Part shown: one piece after another, positions 1 through 9,100 of the stretch
Layout: each line of letters starts with the position of its first letter
Numbering within the stretch: the first letter of the stretch is position 1
From: Candidatus Omnitrophota bacterium
GTDB lineage: Bacteria > Omnitrophota > Gorgyraeia > Gygaellales > Profunditerraquicolaceae
DNA length: 61,961 nt
NCBI GenBank assembly: GCA_042570405.1
Contig: JBHPGR010000005.1
Span: 1 to 61,961 of the forward strand
Direction: 5' to 3'
Translations under genes and position numbers: made by a program
The notes under the pieces: generated by a model
The model's input: the letters and a program-made list of their open reading frames with translations, nothing else
Told to the model about the DNA's origin: nothing
The model's database searches: none

Positions 1-182
1 AGCCCCTGCCACCCTTAGGGCCTCAGCCAACCGCTCAGAGGAGGAGATAATACCCATACTTACAAAGATCTTTAACCTGGCAGGGCAATTCAGAGATGAT
101 CCAGCAAGAAATTCCTTCCTCAAATACACAGCCCCTGCCACCCTTAGGGCCTCAGCCAACCGCTCAGAGGAGGAGATAATAC
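1..182 (+). repeat. 53-bp direct repeat pair (1-53 and 130-182) inside the giant ORF, encoding APATLRASANRSEEEII twice
   Basis: agcccctgccacccttagggcctcagccaaccgctcagaggaggagataatac occurs identically at both positions, in frame. Confidence 0.9.
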
Positions 183-3100
183 AATCGTTTCGACAGCTCC
201 TTAGGGGGAAAACTAAAGACAATCTACCTCCCTACACCGGCTCAGGTGATACCTCAGTCCATAAGGCCTTTGATGATATAAATGCAAAGATTGAAAGAAG
301 GGATTTCGTTGGCGCCAGACGACTACTTGATGAATTACTCCTTGACCTAGAGGCAGTTAGAGATACCAATGATATAAGATCGCTGATGGAGAAGTGGAAC
401 AGGCGCTATCCTTCTGAGTTACCTGTTGACCTTCAACTTAAAGATATTCCTGGAGCTATAGAGATTGCAAAGAGAGCTGTTGATAGGATTGAGGATAAGC
501 CGCCCGCCGCCTACTCGCCCATCGTCAGAAATCCTCAACTCGAACAGGAGTTGGGCATATTAGATTCTTTGATGAAGAATCCGGCATTTTTGGAAACTAT
601 GGCTGGGGCTTTGCTGTCAGCATATAATGAACACGCTAATACAGACTATAGGATAACTCAAGATACAGATGCGACTGTTTTTACAAAAGAGGATTTAGAT
701 AGGACGCAGAATTTAGCGGGTTTAATAGGGGTGGAGGTAGGAACGAGTGCTTTATTAGCAACAACTCGTAAGGGCAATTCTTTGGTTAGCGTCTTGAAAG
801 CCATTACAGAGGATATGTTAACAGAAAAGGAAATGAGATTATTAGCGCTCTTTGCCAACGCCACCTGGAAAGCCGGGGTTCCCTTTAGAGTCAAGACTGG
901 CTCAGATGGGGAAAGTTTGGGGCCCTATAGTCTAATGCAATCTCATCCCGATTTTGTGCCGGTTGTTTTAGCCAGGGAGGAAGTTGCCGAAGAGGATATA
1001 TTACAGATGAAAGTAGCGGCTCACAAATTGCTTTCTGCTATTCAACATATTGATGATCCGCAAGAGCAACTTGATAGGCTAGAATTCCTTCTTAAGAATA
1101 AGGGTTTTCTTGAGCTGCTGGCCCGCGAAAGCCTACAGGCTTACAATAGCCGTCATGGAACAAAGCATTCTATCAGCACAGACCAGACTTTGACCGGCCT
1201 TACAAAAAGAGATTTGGATATTGCTATGAATTTGCTCGGCTTTATTGCTTTAGAGGTCGGCGTAGGCGCTCTACTAGAGTTGACGCGTCAAGGACAGAGC
1301 ATGAGCGATGTTCTGAATGCTATTGTCGAGGGCAGGCTAACGGGCGAGGAAGAAACGTTATTAGCTCTCTTTGCCAACGCCACCTGGAAGGCCGGGGTTC
1401 CCTTTAGAGTCAAGACCGGCTCAGATGGGAGGAGTCTGGGACCCTATTTCAGGATTATGGAGCATCCTGATTTTCGCAGATGGGCACAATTGCCAGTTGA
1501 TGAACAGTTGAAAGATCTTATTCAGGTTCATGCTGCCGCAGCACAGCTTCTCTTAAGCGCAATAGAAGAACATAAGCAAGATGATCATCTATCCGCCTCC
1601 ACGCCTGCAGAGGATAAGAAGCCGCCCGCCGACCCTGCCGGTCGCCTTTCTGGGGCGAGGATTTTGGTAGTAGATGATGATAAAGTGGACCGCATGGCGG
1701 CTAAGCGCACTTTAGAGCTGGAGGGAGCAAAAGTAGTAACGGCTAATAATCCACAGGCTGCCTTAGCGGCATTTCAATCAAAAGACCCATTTGACGTTGT
1801 TATTACGGATAACGATATGGGGAAAGGAATAGACGGTCTTATTTTAGCTAACCAGATAAGGTCACTAAGCAATCAGCAGGTGCCGGTAGTAATGATGACC
1901 GGAAGCGTAGAGAGTGCGCAGAAAGGATTGGCTGAAGGAAGCATTGGTGAGCTTATAGATAAAGGCTTTGATAGCGATAAGTTAGCAAGAGCGTTGGTAG
2001 AAGCCGTAGCACGGCTGACAAAAGAACAAAAGCCCGCCGCCCCCTCGCCCGGCGCCGCCTCCCAGATGGCGCAAGACAAGGAGCTGGCTTCAAGCATAAT
2101 AGACTACCTGAACGGCGATTCGGATAACGCCCCTAAGACGGTATCAGATGGAGAAAATATATACACATTATCTGCTCAGCCCACTGAGATTCATACAGAT
2201 AAAATATATCGTCTGGGAGTCAGGGTTGCCTTGCGCAGGGAGAGCGATCAAGCGCTCGGTTATTTTCTGCGTTTTAGCATAAAAGAAGGCACGATACGCC
2301 GTCTGGATGTGACCCTGGGTAACGTAAGATTTGCCGGTTCTTCAGAGGAAGCCGATTTGACCGGCGAGGGATTAGGGCATCAGGTATTTAAAATTTTAGG
2401 CCGGATTATACCGCAGGGCACCGGAATAGACCTTTACATTACGAATAAAAAAACCAAGAGTCAGTTAGCAGAGGGATATTATTTTGATGCCGCAGGCCAA
2501 GTTAAAAAACAGGTTTCGAAAAATGAAAAAAGAGCTGATGATCCGCAGGTAACTGACAAAGATATGCCGGCAGTTATCCGGGATACTCTTTGGGGAGACA
2601 TATTGCATGGGGCGAAATTCGGAGATTTTCAGCTGACCATCCGTAACCGCAAAAAAGAGGCCCCTAACGATGAAGAAGAGATTATTGCTAAAGACCTGGA
2701 CGCCTTGAAATGGATGATCAGTAATCCGCAAGGAGCGGTAGGCAGGTTAGTTTATATCAGCGCCGTCAAGAAAGGCGCCGCCGCGCCCGCCGACTCCTCG
2801 CCTGCTACCACAATTGATGAATTATTGAATAGGAAGGATAAAACGATTACTTTTTCTACTTCACCTGATCCTTCCCGGGCATATACGATTCATGTACAAA
2901 AAGATTTTGTGGACCCAGACATTCTTTTCTCCGTAGACGATACTCCGCAATATATGCTATATGTAAATCAAGTTAACAATGAGGAAGAGGAATCCGAATA
3001 TCCAGTTGGGTTCGTCTCGGGTATTAAGATGGCTAAAGATAAAATAATGAATCTTGGCTGGGTGATTATCTTAGATTATCCCGGCATCCTTAAGGAGCTT

Positions 3101-6100
3101 GAAAGATTTCATAAAGAACGGGTCATAAAGCCTACCCCGCTTCTTGATTTAATGGGAATACATGTAGTCTTTGGACCTCATAGCGAATATTCGTCTCAAA
3201 TCAAGTTTTTGTACGGTTATTTAACCAATAGATCATCATTAAAGACGGATGAAGAAATAAGAGAATTTTTCCGGAAGGCCCCCCAAGATTATAGAAACCA
3301 ACTTATTGGACCGGCGGTAATTGAATTTTGTAATAGCTTTGTACCGGTTGGGGCCAAGATTAGGATTGCTCTAGCCCATAGAAAATCTTTAGAATTACTA
3401 AGATCAGGCGTAGCGTTTGAGGATACCTCGCTCGGGCGTTGGTTTAAGAGGTCTGGTTACGGGGTTGTTCGTGTCGAAGAGCAACCTGACAAGCTTCCAA
3501 TTTGTATTCTAGTCAAGAAACGCCTAGTACATCTTAGAGCTAATTGGCATAACCCAAAGGTACTCGGTAGGCATTATTCCGCTAAATCAGCCTCCTCGCT
3601 TAACCCCTCGCCTGCAGAGGATAAGAAGCCGCCCGCCGCCGAAGCGAGTGAAGCGAGCGAAGTCCCGAGTGCCGATCGGAGAAGTGCGGAAATGAGGGGC
3701 CCCTCGTCTGCCACAGCCGCGTCCGCACCGCGCGCCGCCTCCACGTCTATCCAGCCCGCGCAAGAGGAGTCAATGTTTACCGGAATAGAAGTCAGGGAAT
3801 ATGTCCGCCCTCCTAAACACGGGCTTGTAGAAGGCAAACGCAAATTAGTTGGGCAAAACAAAGGCGTGTTTAACGAAGGGCGCATTGAGACGCCAGGGGT
3901 CGCCAATTGTGTAGCCCTGATTATTATCAATGAAGATACGGGAGAACAATTTGTTGCCCATCTCGATGCTAGCTCAAGACTTAGTCATGCTGAAGGCTTG
4001 CCAGATAAACTGCTTTCTTGGAAGTCCAAGAAAGCAGTTTTAACAGGCGGTATGCAGAATATGGGGTCCGACGATATAGTCAAACACGCCTTAGGATTTT
4101 TGACAAAGATAATATCCATTCCCACTAACAATATATACGGCTACAAATTATTAATAGACGATTATGAGCCCTTTGACATTGCTTCTATACCAGTTCTCTT
4201 AGAAAATGGTAAATACGATGTATATTTAACCACAGATACAAAAATTACTAGCCTTGAAGCATACCATGTAATAAAGGAGGGGCTTGAAAACGCGGGGAGG
4301 AGGCTTGAGGTTGTCGGAGGCGTTTCTTCGTCCGCCGCCGCCGAGCCGCCTGTCCCGAGCGCTGCCCCGGGAGAAGCGAACGCCGCCGCGCCCGCTGCCG
4401 AATCTCCTCTTCCGCTGCGGAGATCTGTCGGCGCAGCAAGGCCCGAGCATTACTTACCGTCAGCCCATGAGTATTGGCAGGAGGCGGAGGAGACATTGGC
4501 TAAGGCTGATTTAGGCGAGAAGGATATCGCAGATGCGCTAGAACTATTAGAGACTGTCATTAGTTACTGCTATTCCATCGCTCATGCTCAACCCCCAAAA
4601 GAGATCCTTATAAAGACAACGGAGCTTTTAATAAAAGCCAACCGCAGATATGCCAAGTTAGTATTGGAACACCCGGAACTTTTTGAGCCGGAGGCAGGGC
4701 TGAAGCCTATGGAAAAAGATCAGGCGCAGAAACTGATGGATGATTTCTTAGAGGCGCAGGGGGAGGAGGCCGACTCCATCTATCGCCCCAAGTATATAGA
4801 TGACGAAAGCCAGGAGCAGGTTGCGGCAGTACTTGATTTGACCAGCCTGCCTGAGGATACAGAGTATATTCTTGTGGGAGACTTGCACTCTCGCCTTGGC
4901 AATCTGATAAAGATCCTGAATACCAACGACAACTTCCAGAAGCTCAAAGACGGCAGGGCGGTTTTGATTATTTTGGGTGATGCCGTGCATCCTGAACCTG
5001 CCCCCGAAGAGGTGGAGGCCTTTATTAACTTGCTCGCTGAGAATCCAGAAGATGACGAATGGAAGGCACTGGTCGGCGAATTTCTCAAGGTAATCATGGA
5101 GGATAAGTCCATGGACCCTTCAGTAGCCACCATGCAGTTTATTATGCGCTTAAAGACTATGTTGCCTTTTAATGTCTTTTATATCTTAGGTAATCATGAC
5201 TATCTTACGGACAATGTAGTAAAGGGCGGCGTTAAGCAGGGGATACAGTATAAAAAAAGATTGGGCGAGCTTTACGGCAGGCTTTACGCTGAAGATGATT
5301 ATCAGGCTTTTATTAACGACAGCCCGATTGCAGTGGTCGGCGATGGATTTGTGGCAACTCATGCTGCGCCTCCGCCTATGATCGTCGGGCGGGTCAAGGG
5401 CAAGCTGAGGGATCCTACTATCATTGACCATATCTATGCGGCTGAAGCTGGCAATGAAGACGATCCGATCACCGTCGGGCTAATCGACGGCAGGATAGAA
5501 TTTAGCGAGGTATCAGGCAAGCTGCAAGAGATTTATTTGACTACTCCTGAGAAGGATACTGGGTATACCCTAGAGGATGTCGGGACTTTTCTGGAGACGA
5601 TGGGGCAGCCCGGAGGCACGATGTTCGTCGGCCACGGCGCCCTGGCAGATGGAGGCTGGCACTGGGATTTCTCCGGCAAAGACGTAAAACACCACATGAT
5701 CTATGCTGCCCGCGACCGGGTCGGCTATGCCTCGGTGAAGGCAGGTAAGGTCGAGTTTATCGAAGCCAGTGGTGCCTCTGCGCAGATCGAGACTGCTCCT
5801 CAGCCGTCTGCTTCAGCAGAGACCCCAGCACAGGCCGCAAAGGTCAACGGCATTATCGCTAGCAATGAAAAGACCGGTCGTTACATAGTAGCCAAGCTAC
5901 AAGAGATGGAGGCCTTTGTGGAGGGAGAACAGCAGGACGCTCAGGCCTTGGCTGAGAGGCAGGCTAAACTTGCTGAGATGATAGAGAACCATCAGGCCTA
6001 CCGCTTTGGAGATAGCCGGGTTCCCTTTATCCCGATTAAGGGGCTATTGAAGAATACCGGCCAATTCGCCCACATCGGATTAGGGAATGCCTATGGGGAG

Positions 6101-9100
6101 CCGGTGGTTTACATCGATGCTGATTATGCATATATTGGACCGGAACATCATGTCGATTATGCCGATTTAGAATTTAAGATACAGGTTTGGGGTCCTGAAC
6201 AATATGTAGAAGGTATCCAGGTAGCATACCGTAAGATCATCCATCGCCATGAACTAGAAGAGATAAGGCTGTGGGAAGAGGAGATAAGGGTGTCGGAAAG
6301 CGGGACTAGAGTTAATCCGTATTTACAAGGTATCTCTTCTCTCAGCGATGTCAGAAACTGGATGCGCGACCATATAAATGATGCCATATGGCTTACCGAG
6401 TACCTGCATAATCAGGCAAATAATATAGCCAATGTGGGGGCAATTTACAGGCAGGGCAATAAACGGGAATATAAATGGGGCATCCGGCAATTGGCCTGGT
6501 CGTCACTTAAGGAGACCCCCAGCATTGCCGCCAGCCCCTCGCCCGCCGAGACGAAGCCGCCCGCCGCCGATCCGACAGAGCCGGACAGAATAAAACGGGT
6601 CAGCGATTTATTGGCTTCGGCAAGAACAAGCAGGCCCGAGCCGGAAGAGATAGTTGGCCTGACGGAAAAAGAAATCTTAGAGGGCTTACGGCAAAGCCGG
6701 TTTTTCGGTGACAACAGCGAAATAGCCATCACTGCCATCCTGAATTCGCTGACTATGCGAGAATTAAGCAGCCTCATAGGACAACAATATATCCCTCTGG
6801 TTGTAACGGAGATGCTTAAAATCCTGCCCCGGTACGATAAGGTTCTTATTGCCGGAAGGGATGGCGAATTATTTTATGATGCGTTGAAGACGGTATTGCA
6901 GGGGATGCCCCAGGAAAATAAGGTTGTACTCTTCCCGGGCAGTTTTGCACTGATGGAAAGTCTTGCCTCCCGTGAAGCAAACGCAGACGCCAGACGCTTT
7001 TTAGCGCAGTTCGGTATTACCGAGGAGGTAATTCTTGGAGGAGGAAAGATACTGGTTTTTGACACCGGTTTTTCTGGTTCTGTGGGGGGCATTTTACGTA
7101 CTACTGTGTTTAGATTATTCGGCAGCGGCGAAGGTTTGGAAAGCAAGTTAATTGCTACGCAGAAAAATAATGTCCGGGCTGCGGAGATCACTGGCTTTGC
7201 CACCGAAGCTGATGCGCTCTACCGGCAATTCCCCAAGACTCTACCTTTTATCATCCAGGAAGGATATCCCTGGAGGACTTCTTATCAGACGCCGGCAAAT
7301 TTTGTCGTCGCTTCTGCCCTGCAGTTATTACCGCATTACCACGGTCATTATAGATTAGGCAGAGATGCGGCCGGGAATTTAATAGCCATTCCCGAAAGAG
7401 CTGCTATCACCGAAGACATCGACGGCATATATAAGAAATTGGGGGTAAATGCTTCTGTAGTCAATCCGGCGGCAGCCATGCTTGTACAGCGCCGGGTAAT
7501 AGAATATTTTAAACAGCGCCGCCAAGAAGTTTTAGCCGCAGCAGGCCTGGTTGCCCCGGCGTTACCCGTTACTACCCTAGCCGCGCCGCCCGCCGCCGCG
7601 GCCGCGCCCGCCGCTGAAGACGTACCCAGCACATTAGCCCGGGCCATCGCTCAGCTACACGAAAGTCCGATAGGCGAAAATTTTACCATCGGAGGTAAAC
7701 CAGCGGATGCGGATTATATCATCCGGGTAGAAGAAAACCATGGTGTATTGTACGATACCCGCATTGTGCTACGCCGGCGCGCGGATAATAGGACAATGGT
7801 CTACTTAGAGATAAGTACGCAAGACGGAACTAATGTCAAGATGGGTTGGATAAAAACACCGGATGCGCAGGATCGGCGTAAAGGCATGGCCTCTTTACTG
7901 CTTGCAAAATTAAGAGAGGTGTTTCCTGACGGCAGATACCTGGAGACTGAGATAGCCGAAGAAGAGACCTTAAGGGGGGTGAGAAAAAATACTCGCTTTA
8001 CCTTTGCCATTACGCCGCTCTTCGGGTTATTTAGAGGCGCTGGCTGGGAAGCAGTAGAGGTGTATTATGTGGATCGCAATGGTAATCACCGACCCGACAT
8101 TCAAAAAGCCATGGAGGAAGACTTAAGAGAATTTAGACGGGCGGGGGGCCGTGGCCTTGATGATAGGGCGTATGGCCGAGTATGGTTAAAAGTCCGACCG
8201 AAAGGCCAAGAAGATGAATTTGATCCGAGTCTGGACGATCGGGAAATCGATGATGATGCAGACGCCGCCGCCGCGCCGAGGGCTGCCGATGCAAAAAAAG
8301 AATATTCCTCGATCCGCGAAAGAAGAACTGCTTATCTTACTGCCGCTAGAAATATTTATTATAGCATACACCCAGCCTTAGTAAGGAGCATCGAAGAAAA
8401 AGGATACGATTTTGCCGATATGGTAGCTACCCTGTACCCGGACTATTCCTCCGACTCCGATGGTTTTATCTTTCCATCAAGAGTAAGGGCTAATTATCCA
8501 AAGCTGGATGATAACGATAGGCGGGGGCTTAAGGATATAATGCAAAATAAGCTTGGGTCAGATGCAGAACAAGAGGAATTTGCTATGCAACAATTAGGGC
8601 GGGCATACGCTATTTGGCTCATCGAAAAAAGCGGGCTCGACCCCAATCATTGGAAACGGGTCCTTTCTGGCAACAAAAATCCTAATTATACGCCAGAATT
8701 TCAAAGGCCGTTTTTTGATTTAGGCGCGGGCACTAATCCTATCTTCTGTCTGCAGAATCTTTTATCAGTCCGTAGTTACTTTTTTGTAGATAGCTCTCCT
8801 TTTGTAAGGACATTTTTGGATGAGGCTATAAATATTTTAGGATTAGACCGTAATAAAGTACAGGCGATACAAGCCGATATAACAAAACCGGAAATATTCG
8901 AATCTTATCTTAAAGAAGGTAGCGTAGGGACCTTAAGGATATCAAATATAGGACCTTATTTACAAGATCAGGAGATGCCAGAGGGTTGGTACGACAGGAT
9001 TATAAAATGCATTGCTCCCGGAGGCCAACTTATTATAGAAACACTCGCACTTCGTGAGCCACTCATAGATACTAATCTACTAATTTTAAGAGAGTTTGAA

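Noticed and set aside
658-8371. About 20 antisense or alternate-frame ORFs of 60-120 aa inside the giant gene (for example 658-894, 3574-3930, 4226-4514, 6445-6777, 7348-7647)
   Set aside because: All are embedded in a 10-kb uninterrupted sense ORF that has recognisable domains. Many coincide with GC-rich Pro/Ala linkers, where stop codons are rare in every frame, and their translations are low-complexity Arg/Ala/Ser strings.
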